Assembly: GCF_009914755.1 (NCBI RefSeq)
Contig: NC_060941.1
Origin: the human T2T-CHM13v2.0 reference genome, Homo sapiens
DNA: 64,000 nt
Direction: 5' to 3' (one strand)
The notes beneath the pieces were generated by a model that did not search any database, had not been told where the DNA came from, and saw only the letters and a list, made by a program, of their open reading frames with translations. Made by a program: the position numbers and the translations under genes. This document shows positions 1 through 16,384 of this stretch, one piece after another; the first letter of the stretch is position 1, and each line of letters begins with the position of its first letter.

Positions 1-205
1 GGAAGGGGAACATCACACACGGGGGCCTGTTGTGGGGTGGGGGGAGGGGGGAAGGATAGCATTAGGAGATATACCTAATGTAAATGATGAGTTAATGGGT
101 GCAGCACACCAACATGGCACATATATACATATGTAACAAACCTGCACATTGTGCAGATGTACCATAGAACTTAAAGTATAATAAAAATATATTAAAAGAA
201 AATAA
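1..205 (+). mobile_element. L1PA 3' end (G-rich tract and A-rich tail), cut by the window start
   Basis: ggatagcattaggagatatacctaatgtaaatga...acttaaagtataataaaa. Confidence 0.93.
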
Positions 206-550
206 ATAAATATCAAGAAGGAGAAAGAAAAAAAAAGAATAAGAAGTCAGAGGGAGGCAGCTGCCTGCAGGAGGTTTAGCGTAAAGAAAATAGGAATGGT
301 GATGGGAAATTGAAGAAAACATTTAAAAAGAGCTGTCATTCAAGAATGACTCCACTGATGCCGCCTGTGCTGTTCCCCACCTGACAGTAATGGACCAAGG
401 CAGCTGCCAGAGTGCATATGAAAAGACAATTCACGTTTTCAGAAGGAGTGGCCTTCTATGATGTAACCTTGTTGTAATGCAGGGAAGAGACAGACAATAA
501 GATGTTTCCAGTCAGGATCACAAGAACACTATTTCCTGCTGGAGTGATTT

Positions 551-571
551 GTGTGTGTGTGTGTGTGTGTG
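551..571. repeat. (GT)n microsatellite
   Basis: About 10 GT units. Confidence 0.9.
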
Positions 572-894
572 AACATTTTGGATTCGTTTTCAAAACATTT
601 TACGTTTGATGAAACCCAAAACTCATTTTGCCTGTAGTACTTTTCATTCATCATGAAATCTCTGTAAAATTAGAAATATGACCATGTGTCTGCTTTATTT
701 ACCCTTCACAAAATATGTCTAGACCTGTTTGTCTGAGACACCTCATAGTCTTGTTCTCTCAGAATTAGGAAGCCAAAAATAACTGGTGAAAACTTTTTGA
801 AAACCGGGAACCATGTGTACTTGACTTAAAATAACTTTCCTTTTATTTCATCAAAATACAGCGTGAAAGGTTATGTTACATCCCTCCATATATA

Positions 895-2917
<2,023 letters not shown>

Positions 2918-2965
2918 CCTCCTTCCATATATTGTTCAGCTCCAGGTAATATTGTAGGTGCTGGG

Positions 2966-3262
2966 GGCCGGGCGCGGTGACTCACGCCTGTAATCCCAGC
3001 ACTTTGGGAGGCTGAGGCGGGTGGATCACAAGGTCGGGAGATCGACACCATCCTGGCTAACATGGTGAAACCCCGTCTCTACTAAAAAATACAAAAAATT
3101 AGCCGGGCGTGGTGGCACGCACCTGTGGTCCCAGCTGCTCGGGAGGCTGAGGTAGGGGAATGGCGTGAACCCGGGAGGCGGAGCTTGCGGTGAGCCGAGA
3201 TAGCGCCACTGCACTCCAGCCTGGGCGACAGAGCAAGACTCCGTCTCAAAAAATATATATAT
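2966..3262 (+). mobile_element. AluY inserted in an L2 fragment (about 2930-3550)
   Basis: AluY diagnostics, CpG-rich; TSD atattgtaggt(g/c)ctggg. Confidence 0.9.
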
Positions 3263-4019
3263 ATATTGTAGGTCCTGGGGATTCCACAGTGAATGAAACA
3301 GGCAACAGTCCCTGCTCTCATGGAACTTAAATCCTCATGGGGTCTGGCAGTTAACTGAAATAAAAGGTAACATATGTACGGTATTTGAAGGTTGTATTGC
3401 CGTGGAGAGAAATAAAGCAGGGAAGGAGGGTTGGGAATGTTGGGTGAATGGTACAATTTATACATAGTGGTCAGGGAGATGACATTTGAGCACTTGCTCC
3501 CCTCTCTTGAAGGGCTTTGGTGTCTGCATGAAGCTTTATTTCCCACCAAGGCCTAGGTGTGGAGGGTCAGAGTAAGGAGGTCATTACTGTCGTTACTGTG
3601 CCAATAGAAGCTGAAGTGACACACGGTGGTCGACCCAGGTCAGCAGCACTGGGAAGTGAGCATCGCAGCCAGACCCACCTGCCGAGCTCCGGGCCAACTG
3701 CCTGACATCTCGAGTGGCCCAGGATTGAGACCCAGTGAAAGGATGTGAGTTTGCCCTCACTACGAAGTGAGGCCCAGTTCACTAAGCTCAAAATGGCGCT
3801 CCTAGGAGGCCCTTCCTCACATTCTGCTCAACTCATACACACTGGTGTCTTTTTGGAATAAGTCACTCCTGGAAAGGCCCTCTAAATTACTCTCAGTCCT
3901 CAAATTTCATACTCCTGATGTGTGTTGGCTGTTTTCCAAGCCAAGGGCAGGCCTGACTCAGATAACTCCTACCCCTCCCTTTCTTTCATCTGAAAGTCTA
4001 GTTTAAGCTCCTAGTTTTC

Positions 4020-4365
4020 TGTTACGATGGAGAGATTTCCATTTGTAATTTCCAGTAAGAATTCTGAAGGGACAGAAAGTCGGGAGGGTAGGTGTGACAG
4101 GAAGAATTCTGAAGATAACCCCCATGACTCTCCATGGTAGAATGTCCTCCTCTTTATATGACACAGGGAGATGGTCTGGATATGCCCACTAATCACAAAC
4201 CCCTGTAGAAGCCAAGTGATGTCTCTGGCTTGTGGCAGAAGTTGGGGAAATTCAAAGCATGAGAAGGACTCTGATTGTTCTTGGTGGTTTGAAGAGGGAG
4301 GGGGCACGTGAGAAGGAGCCAAGAAGGGCCCCCTGGCTGGCAGCCAGCAGGAAACAGGGACTTTC
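4020..4365 (+). mobile_element. MLT1-type MaLR LTR fragment
   Basis: attcaaagcatgagaaggactc...ggtttgaagagggagggggc...cagccagcaggaaacagggac motifs. Confidence 0.65.
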
Positions 4366-5820
4366 TAGCACTAAAGCATTAGTGCTGAGGTCCTGGCCGT
4401 GCCCAGAAATTGCCATGTGGGTGCTCTGGAGTTTTGAGGTTGACAACTGCAAGTTGTGTGTAGTGCCACCGGGTCCTTTGTCTCCTCCTCTGTCCTGATG
4501 CCCTCAGACCTCAGCCAGGCCAGGGACGCTCAGTTTGCTTTGCCTTCTGCTTTCCCTCAGCTGGGGGATCTTGGGCTGGAAGTCACTCTGATGAACATGT
4601 GGAATTCAGCTCTAAGTCTCTCCTGAGTCCTCTGTTACCTCCCAGGAGGCATGATGAGGCACAGCTACCCTTCACCTCCATGGGTGGCATGAAGATACTT
4701 GCAAGTATCTTTTAGACGAAAATATATACCGGTATTTACTGTTACTTGAATTCCTGTTTGGTTCTTGCATTTCAGATCAAAAGAAAGAAGAGTTTAGATA
4801 GGGATTTACTTGAAAATGTATCTGTATCTGTTCCACTTTTGAAATTGTATGGCAAGAATTCAGATAGCAGGCGACACCTACACTATCATTAAGGGACAGA
4901 TGACGTCTTTGAACCAGGTTTTAACCTGTTAGCTCAGACCTATATCTTCTTCTCTTTTGGAGAAAAAAAAATCAGTCTTTGTGTGTCCACACTGAATTTT
5001 GCTTTGAATCTGGAAAGAACACCCATGTTGCAGGCAACTTCTGTTGTTCTGTCTCTGAGTTCCCACAAACAAGCACTAAAATCTGCTTAGCCAATAGCAA
5101 GCAGCCTCTAAAATATCAGGTCACTTGGGGCTCTGTTTCTTATATTCTTTTTTGAGACAGATCTCTTGAAGGCTACACGCACAATTCAAAGAACATAAAG
5201 CCTTTGATTTATTTACTGCCATCAGAGTGGTCCTTTCCCTGACTTAGATGATAGAGTCTCAATAGCAGATGCGCGGCACTGTGGGCTTCCACTCTATTGA
5301 GGCCTTTTCTACCCACTTTCTCTGCTTCTGTACCGTTTCTGACACAGTGGTCTGTGAAGACATTTTCAGTGGCACAGGTGTTGTCCTACAACCTGTGACA
5401 ACAGTGGAGTTTGTTTGCAAAATAAAGATGCAAGGCTTTCCCATGTTGTGGGAGACACAGTCCTCTCCTGGTGGCCGTGTTTCTGGTTGGTTTTCTCTCA
5501 CGAGCCAGTGTGCTGTGGGGCACCCGCTCCCACTCCCACTCTCAGTGGTGTGTGCATGCCCAGAGGTATGAAACTTCAAGGAATAAAAGTGGCTTTCTGA
5601 ACAAAAATATCAAAGTGTGTAGAGACCTGTCAGACTGTTCGCACAGCAGATGGGGAGGGACACGTTCTCCCACCTTAGTCTGCACAAACACCGAAGAAGC
5701 AGCCCTGACAAGTCTAAGCTGGGCACATCCCCAATTCCTTGGGAATTTTGGAAATAAAACTGAGAAAGATTACTCTAAAATATAAAGCCCAGATGCTATT
5801 GGCAGCCATGTTTTTGCCTC

Positions 5821-6575
<755 letters not shown>

Positions 6576-6581
6576 GCTTTT

Positions 6582-6965
6582 TATTGAGCCTTAAAAAGGA
6601 GTAAGGCACTGACACAGGCTGCAGTATGAATGTTCCCTGAAGACGTGTTGCCAGGTGAAAGAGCTGGGTGCAAAATCTACATCTTGTATGAGTCCATTTA
6701 TAAGAAATATCCAGAATAGGCAAATTCACAGAAACAGAAAGCAGATGAGCGGTTGCCAGAGGCTGAGGAGAGAGGGCAATAGGGACTGGAGTGGCTGCTT
6801 AGTGGGTACAGGGTTTTCTGTTGGGTGATGAAAATGTTCTGGAACTAGGTAGTGGTGATGGTTGCACAACATTGGGAATGTGCTAAAAGCCACTGAACTA
6901 TACACTTTAAACTGGTTTAAAATGGTGAAAGTGATACATTAATTTTACCTTAATTTTTTTTAAAA
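6582..6965 (+). mobile_element. L1MB 3' end
   Basis: gaataggcaaattcacagaaacagaaagcaga...gtgatgaaaatgttctggaactag...ggttgcacaac. Confidence 0.8.
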
Positions 6966-6977
6966 AAAACAGTGTTA

Positions 6978-7096
6978 TGAACAGACACGATAGCTCATGC
7001 CTGTAATCCAGACACTTTGAGGGGCCAAGGCAGGAGGACTGCTGAGACCAGGAGTTCAACACCAGCCTGGGCAACATAGCAAGGCCCTGTCTTTAC

Positions 7097-7133
<37 letters not shown>

Positions 7134-7300
7134 ATTAGCCGGCTACGATGGTGTACACCTGTGATTCCAGCTATTCAGGAGGCTGAAGACAGAGACTTAC
7201 TTGAGCCCAGAAGTTCAAGGCCTCCGTGAGCTATGATCACACCACTGCACTCCAGCCTGGGCAACAGAGAGAGACCCTGTCTCTGGGGAAAAAAAAAAAA
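6978..7300 (+). mobile_element. AluJ with expanded middle poly(A)
   Basis: AluJ diagnostics; about 35 A in the linker. Confidence 0.85.
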
Positions 7301-7749
7301 AGTGTGCCATGATGATGAATATCACTTACCATGCATTTTTATGCTTATGCTAAATAGTTGTGAAATAGTGCCAAATTTTTGTAAAGTAAGTTCCTAGAAG
7401 TGAATTTGTTTTTGCAAAAGGGTGTGTTACACTTTCCATTTTAATATATATTCTCAAATTGCCTTCATTAAGGTTATTTAGTTTACACTTCTCTATACAG
7501 TGTACAAGATTATACATTCCCAATACTGGATACACCTACTCTTTTGATCTTTTTCAGCCTAAGAGGAGAAAATGGCATTTCTTTTAATTTTTCATTGCAG
7601 ATGAAGGAGAAGCACTTTTTATCAACTTGTTAGTTATTTATATCTTTCTTCTGTGAATTACTACTACAGTTGCTTTGCTTGCTTTTCTATTTGTATGTTC
7701 ATCTTTTTTCCTCAAAATTTGTGATAGCTCTTTTTGGTTTTCTTTTGGT

Positions 7750-10645
7750 TTTTATTTTTATCAAAGCTCTGCATGCCCACAATCAGGTATGCAGAGATCC
7801 TGATGAGCAAAGCAGTCAGCCGGCCTGAGAGCTCTGCTTCCTGCTCCCCAGAGTCAAGCATTTTCAAGTCACCTTGCTGATTTTTTTTTTGTCATTTACC
7901 TCTACGTTGCTGACTAGCACGTTTATCAACTGCTATTTCTAGTTTTTCATTTTAGATGTTGTATTTTGATCTCCTACTGTGAAAGATGAGGGTTTATTTC
8001 TTTTTCACTCCCACCCCCCCCATGCTTCCTGTCTTTGCATTCTTTCATGGTTGTACATATCTGGAGTTCACATTAAGATGCTGTGAGTGTCATTCATAGA
8101 TTAGCCATGTAGTAGTATACACTGCTGCAGCTTTTTCTTTTACACAACCTGTTACTTGCCTTACACTTAAAATCGTCTTGTTTTTGTCTGTTTACTTAGT
8201 TTTGTATGTAAATGATACTCATTCAACCGCAACTCTTCATGAGATATCCCCACACATCACAAGGGTCAGGGGTTGCAGCTGTGTTATCCTGAGGAGATCT
8301 CTCTGGAGCCTCTGACCTCTTCCATCATGGCTGCCCTCTATGCCTGGTGCACAGAGTCCCTGTTAGTTCTTTGCCTCTCTCTTTTTTGATCTTCTGTATC
8401 CTACATCCTATTCTTTTTTTTCCCCTTTGTTTTTTTTTCCCTTTGTTTTTTTTTCCCTTCAGTATCTCCCTGAGAATGAGTTCATAGATGGTAAAATTTT
8501 ATGACCTCGCATCTTTGTTTTACCCTGATGCTTGATGGTTTCTTTAGGTATAAGATTTTAGGTCAGAAATTATTTTCATTCATAATTTTGTGGGCATCGC
8601 TCCATTGTCTTCTATTTGCCAGTGTTGCAGCAAGAAAAGAATGATTACAGTCGTTTGTGATTTTTTTTTCCTCTGCAAAAGCTCATAGGAGGTTCTGGTT
8701 GTCTCCAGGATTCTAAAATTTCAGGGTGATGTGCCTTGCTCTATAGCTTAAGTTTTGTGTTTTCTATCATGCTAGGCACTCACTGCACCCTTTCAATATG
8801 TAATTCATGACTTTATTTTCTGGAATTATTTCATTGGTAATTTCTTCTACTCTGTTTTCTTTTTCTGGAAATCCCCCTGGCCTGGCCCTCTAATTATCAT
8901 ATTCTTTTTTTCCCCTATTTCTATCTCTTTGCATTACAGTTTTGTTTTCTGGGAGGCTTCCCTAACTTTAATCTTCCAAATTCTATTAAATGCTTAATTT
9001 TGCATTTTTTTTTTTGCTTTTGCATCATTTCAATTGTTTTTTAATTGTGAAATGTACATAGGATAAAATTTACCATCTTAACTATTTTTAAATGTACAGT
9101 TCAGTATCGTTGAGTATGTTCTCATTATTGTGTAACCAATCTCTAGAATGTTTTCATTTTGCAAAACTTAAATTCTATACCCATTAAACACTAATCTGAC
9201 ATTCCCCTCTTCCCCCAGCCTCTGGCAGCAGCCATTCTACTTTGTATCACTATGAATTTAACCACTTTAGGTACCCCATATAAACGGAATCATACAGTAT
9301 TTGTCCTTTTGTGTCTGGCATATTTCACTTAGCATGATGTCCTCAAGGTTCATCCATGTTATAGCATGTGTCAAAATTTCCTTCCTTTTTAAGACTGAAT
9401 AAAATTCCGTTGATTATATTTGCTATCATATTTTTAACTTCTAGGATTTCTTTTTTATTCCCTGAAATTTTTTATAGCATCCTGTTCTTGTTTCACAGAT
9501 ACAATGTTACATATGAATTTCACTGAGGATTGTAGGTTGATTTTATCACCAAATCTCTCTATGCAGATTGTTTCCTACAGTCCCTTTATTCCATTGGTAT
9601 CTTTAGGTCTCTATCTTTATGCTGGAGGTTTGACTGCTCATGTTTAGGTGGAGGCTCTGCAAAGCTGACCCCCTCCCTGGCCTGCGTATGAGGCCTGCGA
9701 CTATGTTCCTGTGGCATATCCATGACGAACTTCTGGTGTCAGTGTCTTTAGGTGGTCCTTCCTCTTGGGCACATCCATTCTCCAGAGAAAGGCCTTCTAG
9801 TCTCCTGCTGGAGGACATCAACCTGGCAACCAGAATTGTGGGACCTAATCAGAAAAGAGGCCTGTGGGCCAGGCACAGTGGCTCACCCCTGTAGTCCCAG
9901 CACTTTGGGAGGCCGAGGTGGGTGGATTGCTTGAGGCCAGGAGTTCAAGACCAGGCTGGCCAACATGGTGAAACCTCATCTCTACTAAAAACATTAGTGG
10001 GGCATGGTGGTGCACGCCTGTAGTCCCAACTGCTTGGGAGGCTGAGGCATGAGAGTCTCTTGAACCTGGGAGGCGGAGGCGAGATCGTGCCACTGCATTC
10101 CAGCCTGGGTGACACAGCGAGACTCTGTCAAAAAAAAAAAAAGAAGAGGCCTGGGGGTGGAGAGTGACTACCTCAGCCCTCACCATGTAAATTCACTTAA
10201 TTCCCTTGTTTTCACTGCATCACTCATGCCTCCACTGCTCACTGTCCTCTGGGTGTGCACAGAAGAGAGAACGTTTGGAGCTTTGGCTGCTCTATAAACA
10301 GATCTCCAACCCATTCTTCCTGTTTTTAACCACCTTCATTCCCCCACCTGAAGCACCTCTTGCCACCAATTTCCTGTGTCTTTGAGGGATTTTGCACCAT
10401 AAATCAGGTTGGGTCTTTGCCCTTCGCCACTGCTGGCCTGGGATTTAGTTTGCTTCGGTCTGTTATGTTAGTTATCTCTTGTCCATTGACTTTTCAGCTG
10501 CCAATGTTTTGTCTTTTTGCTTTCTTTCATGTTCCCTTTTTCCTTGTCTGTTAATGCCTTTGGAGGAAAAATTCCTTTCTGTGGTTTTCTGGGGCTTCAC
10601 GAGGGGGTGAGATTGTGAATGCATGCGTTTCATTGCCATCAGCCT
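7750..10645 (-). mobile_element. HAL1/old L1M-like element hosting a nested L1MB (about 9035-9410, -) and an Alu (9867-10143, +)
   Basis: HAL1-like motifs (ggattctaaaatttcagggtgatgtgccttg; gcaccctttcaatatg...). The Alu has TSD aagaggcctg. Confidence 0.55.
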
Positions 10646-11159
10646 GGAGGCCTCAGAGAGCTTTATTCCTTTCTCCTTAAGGATATTAACCATTATCTGT
10701 CATAGAGGTTCCAAGTACCCTTTACATATATACTATATTATATACAAATACACACACCCTTTTGTTCCTTCTGGAGTGCATTTGTGTTTGTTAGGTCAAG
10801 TTTTATTTTTCCCCCAGATGGATGGCTATTTATTTCAGCATCACTTATTTCATCATCTCTCTTGAACTAACTGATAGGCCTAGGTATGAATGGGAACTGA
10901 GTGGTGTCTGGACTTGCTGTTCCCTTCTGTGCCTCTGTGGGTCTGGCCTCTGCCACAGGTTGCTGCCGAGCAGAGAAATGAGAGCAGGACCTGAGTGCGG
11001 CACAGCGCCCTGGGCCTCAGCCAGGGTCCTGTGAGTGTCAGTCAGTGCTGTGGCATGCGTTGTTTTGATGAATTTAATGCCCTGGCATTTTTCATTATTT
11101 GATTATACTTGTTGGTTTTCTAGGTAAACTATTACACATAACAATAGTTTTGTTTCCTT

Positions 11160-11443
11160 TTTTTCTTTTTTCTTTTTTTTTTTTTTTTTTGAGAGGTAGT
11201 CTCAAAAAAGTCTCGGCTCACTGCAATCTCCGCCTCCCAGGTTCAAGTGATTCTCCTGCCTCAGCCTCCCTAGTAGCTGGGATTACAAGCACGTGCCACC
11301 ACACCTGGCTAATTTTTTGTGTTTTTAGTAGAGACGAGGTTTCACCACATTAGCCAGGATGGTCTTGATCTCCTGACCTTGTGATCCACCTGCCTTGGCT
11401 TCCCAAAGTGCTAGGATTACACACATGAGCCACTGTGCCCAGC
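11160..11443 (-). mobile_element. AluS with a fold-back rearranged 3' end
   Basis: Alu body; about 35 nt of the right arm is replaced by aaaaaag. Confidence 0.85.
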
Positions 11444-12789
11444 CTTGTTTCTTCTAATATTTATACCTCTTGTACTTTTTTTGGTTTATTGCATTCATGA
11501 AAGTCCAGGTCACTGTTGAATAATGCTATTGATGGTGGATATTCTTGTTTTATTTTCTGTTCGTAATAACAGAAATAAGATTTAATAATATTATTAAATA
11601 ATTTAATAATAATTTAATAATCACCTAAATGAGATTCTTGTATTGTTTTGTGATAAATACTCTATCAACTAAAGGAAGCTTGCATCTGTTTTGAGCTTAC
11701 CGGGGGATGTTTTAAGTCCAGAAATAGGTAAGAATTATATCAAATTCCTTTTTAGCTTTTAATGAGCTATCCATATGGTTTCTTCTCTTTTGACCCATTT
11801 ATGTAATTAATAACATAAATACATTTACTAGTAGGGGAACATTTGTACATATCTGGGGGCAAAATTCCAACTTGGTCATGGTATACTATTCCTGAAGGAA
11901 ACTCTACTTGATTGTGGTTATTCTTTAATGTGAAATATACGATTTTTTATACTCAGTTATTGATGAGACATTTGGCTTCTTGTTGGTTGCTTTGGTATAA
12001 ATGAAGTTTTGTCTCAATAAGGCCTGTTTTTGTTTTTGTTATGATGTTAGTGAGCTCTAAAACCCTGTATCATCTGTATATAGTAAAAAGTGCAATAGGT
12101 ATTTATTTTACCACCTTCTGTAGTAGGATTAATGACAGAATTAATTCTTAGCCAAAGAGAATGTTTTATACTCTAGTTGCAAAGTTCTGTCCAGTCTGAC
12201 AAATGAAAACCTGAAAACCCCAAAAATGTTGTTGGGTAGAAGTTGGGAAACCTTTCATTTAAGCTTCAGACAATTTTTGTGAAAAGTATAAGAGTGAAGA
12301 CTTAACATTTTTCCTGGAACTGATGCTCTTTTGTTTTGATGAAAGTCCTCTGAAAGGACTTGTTAGTTGCATAGAGGTAAGGCTAGGCCCCTGCCTATTC
12401 TCAGGGCTCAAGGCCTGAGCAGCCGAAGGCCCATCAGTGGTCCCAGTTACCTCAGTGGGAGCTCAAGTGTCCCCTGTCCCCATGTGGCCACTTGATCTGC
12501 TGGATTCTGAGTCAGGTGTGTTGAAATCTCTTACTCTGACTGTGGTTTGTGTCAAAAGCTTTGATTGCTGAGAGATTATGTTCCAGATATTTTGAACCAT
12601 ACGTAAAGGTTTCTTGTTCTATCTTCTTGGTGGTTTTTACCTTTTACTTCAGTTAATCCTTTTGATCTAGAAGCTTACATTTTATATACCAATATTGCTA
12701 TTTCCATTTATGTTTTCTGTGCATTTTATGTTTTGCATTTATGTTATTTGCATGATATATCTTTGTACTTTCTTTCCTTTCTTCTCTTT

Positions 12790-13086
12790 TTTTCCCCCAG
12801 AGTTGGAGTCTTGCTCTGTTGCCCAGGCTAGAGTGTAGTGGCACAATCATAGCTCACTGCAGCCTCCACCTCCTGGGCTCAAGCAATCCTCTTTTCTTAG
12901 CCTCCTAAGTAGCTGGGTCTACAGGTACATGACACCACACCTGGCTAATTCTTTAAAAAATTTTTTTAGAGACAGGGTGTTGCTATGTTGCCCAGGCTGA
13001 TTTTGAACTCCTGGGCTGAAGAGATCCTCCCACATTAGTCTCCCCACTTAGCTGGGATTACAAGTGTGGAGCCACTTTGCCCAGCT
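12790..13086 (-). mobile_element. AluJ
   Basis: gcacaatcatagctcactgcagcctcc...ctgggctcaagcaatcctc. Confidence 0.85.
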
Positions 13087-14224
13087 CCTTTATTTTCAGC
13101 CTTTCTTAGTTGGTTGTTTCAGGGTTATGTCTTATAAATAGTTTGGCTTTACATGTAATCTGAAAATTCCTCTAACAGGGCAGCTTAGCCTGTTCACATT
13201 TTCTTGTGGCTGTATGTGTTTTATCTTCTTCCTCTGTCTCACTTTCTATTTTTAGTAGACTTCTCTTGCTGGCTTCCTTCTTACTGATTCCCAGGCACCT
13301 AGCAGCGTGGTAAGGTGTGTGAGTTGAAGAGGTGGAAAAACCCAGGCCTGAGACTCTGAGGGGTAACCACAGTGGAATAATCATAAAGTTTAAAGCTAGA
13401 GTCTGTTTTTGTTAAACTGGAGCAGAATCATAAATCAAACACATTTTAAAAAATGCAGAGCTACAGAGCCGGCTGCATTAGTGAGAAACAGCCCCGTCGG
13501 CCCCTTTGGGGTCAGAAGTCAGAATTGGAGGCAGGGCCTGGGCCCAGTTGCTCTTGCCAGGGCTGCTTTCTGGGGTAGAATGGAGGAAGAGCCATGGGCA
13601 AGGGCCAAGTCCACTGGCCACTGTCACCAGGGGAGCAGCCCGAAGTCAGGGCCGTACCTGGGAACAAGAAGGACTCCAAAGACCTGGAGCAGATCTGGAG
13701 CACTGTGAGTTGGAGGAGTCGGGCTCGGATAGCAGCCTGCAAGGGTGAGGGTGCTGAGAAAGCAAGATGGACAGAGAGGGACAGATGTGGCCCATTCAGG
13801 GATCCAGACCAGTGTCTCATGGCATCTGATGTCTAGTCACCAGCATGCATGGGGACATGCCTGGACACTTGGGCTGATGCTTCTGCATGACTGAGCCTCA
13901 CGGTAGCAGGGTGCCCCTGGACAGAAACAACCACATGACCAAGCAGAACTCCTTAGCAGCCATTTAAAAGGATAACTGGAAACTCTCCAACCTAATTGGG
14001 TAAGATGGCTTACCAATTTGCTAAGTAGGGCATATGCTTAAAGTACTTTTTAAACTTTTTTTTTAAAATGATGCTGCTAAATGAAAGTATGTTTAATTTC
14101 ACAGGGAGGATCTGTTTTTGCCAAATGAAGTTCACTTAGCTCCTTTTATTGGTGCTTTGGGGAAGAGGGGGTGTGGTCTGTCCCTTTAGCCTTATAGTTC
14201 TTGATCTGGTTTTTCTTTTTTTCT

Positions 14225-14570
14225 TTTTTATTGTAAAATACACATAACATGAAATTTATCATTTTAACTATTTTAAGTGTACAGTTCAGGGGCATGAAGC
14301 ACGTTCACATGGTTGTGCAACCATCACTGCTTTCTATTTCCGAAATGTTTTCATCATCCCAAACTGAGCTCTGTATGCTTTAAACACGGGGTAGGGGACT
14401 CCATATTCCCCGCCCTCAGCGCCTAACCACCGTTCCGCTTCGTCTCTGAATTTACCCATTCTAGCCACCTTGTAGACGTGGACTTACACAGAATGTGCCC
14501 TTTGATGAGGGGCTGATTTCACTCAGCACAGCGTCCTCAGGCCCACTTATGTTGTGGCGTGTGTCAGCCA
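14225..14570 (-). mobile_element. L1MB 3' fragment
   Basis: ttattgtaaaatacacataacatgaaatttatcatttt...ttcacatggttgtgcaaccatcac. Confidence 0.8.
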
Positions 14571-14735
14571 CGCTGCTTCTGCATCCATCTGTCCACCTTC
14601 TCCTCTCCATAGTCCCCACCCCATCCTGGGTCAGGAGTTGTGATTTTTCCTTGTGTCTTCCAGAACCAAAGCTGGGAGATCGCCTGCTACCATGGCTTGA
14701 AAACCCTTAACGACTCTGCAGCCAGCAGAGTTGGA
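14486..14735 (+). repeat. Left arm of a ~250-bp inverted duplication (partner 16385-16639)
   Basis: A 39-bp block (14573-14611) is the exact reverse complement of 16514-16552, and similarity extends across the arm. Confidence 0.92.
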
Positions 14736-15221
14736 CCCATATTCCTGGCCTGTGTGAAAGACCGGCTTTTTTTAATGGGACTATTTAGCTGTATTATTTG
14801 TCCTCCCTTTTCTCAGAGGTATGGAACATAGCTCCCCTCCCCACCCTCACCACACCTACCTGAAAAACGGGAAGATTAGATCCACCATGTCCTTAAGGAA
14901 AAGAAGAGAGTGTTTTGATTGCCAACAATTTGGGCTCCAGGCTTCTGTAAGTCATCAAGGTCCATATTGGAGAATTAGAAGCAAGAGGGTAACAGAGGCA
15001 GAGGATAAGAGCAGAGGCTTAGGTTGAGGGAGAGCAGAGGCCAGCGCCCTTGGATGTGGTGGCCGGGGGCTGAGAGGTGGAACTGGGAAGACTGGAAACT
15101 CAGCCACCCTACAGGCTAAGGGCCCACATCCTCCCTCTTCTGACCTGCCAAATTCCTACAACATGCAGGAGAAAGTGAGGGAACTAATAAGGTGAGCTTA
15201 TTAATCTGGTTAAAGGTTCTT

Positions 15222-15393
15222 GGCTGGGCACAGTAGCTCACACCTGTAATGTCAACACTTTGGAAGGTTGATGCAGGAAGATCACTTGAGTATAGAAGTT
15301 TGAGGCTGCAGTGAGCTATGATTGTGTCACTGCATTCCAGCCTGGGTGACAGAGTGAGACCCTGTCTCTCTCTCTCTCTCTCTCTTTTTTTTT
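15222..15393 (+). mobile_element. Alu monomer (AluJ/FRAM-like) with (TC)n-T tail
   Basis: TSD ttaaaggttctt at 15210-15221 and 15394-15405. Confidence 0.85.
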
Positions 15394-15885
15394 TTAAAGG
15401 TTCTTACCATGAGTTAGCCTCGTCTTCTGACTTCCCAGGGTCATTTGAAGGAAGCATCTGCATCAAAACTGCCAATTTACACTTTAAAATTTTTTATATA
15501 AATGTTAGATGTTTTGCCAGCTTCAGGAAGGAAAAACAGGATTTTCAAAATAAAATGTTATAAGAATGTGTCATCCTCCTGGGGACTGAGGGTGATTTAA
15601 GTCCCTTGGTCTTCTTTCCTCCCATGGGCTGTTTGTCCCCAGCTGAGGGCCTCCATGGGTCAAGTATGCCAGCAGCTGCTGCTGCAGCATAACACTGCCC
15701 AACACCAAAGCCATCATCTTGTCACCATTCAGAAAAAGGAGGCCTTGATTTTTGCTGCTGTTCCTTCTCCATCCCCCAGGACAGCATGTGAGTCTATTTA
15801 GATAATCACAGTCCCAGGTGAATCTGCACTGAGCATTTTTTCCATTCTCTTACTCGTGAAATGTTCATTTGGGAAAAAGAAGTAA

Positions 15886-16287
<402 letters not shown>

Positions 16288-16384
16288 TGAAGGTTACTTT
16301 TCTAGTATAAACTAAACTTGATCTTGGAACAAAATTCCTTATAATCAATTTTTCAGTTATTGCATATTATTTTCTTAGTACAAT

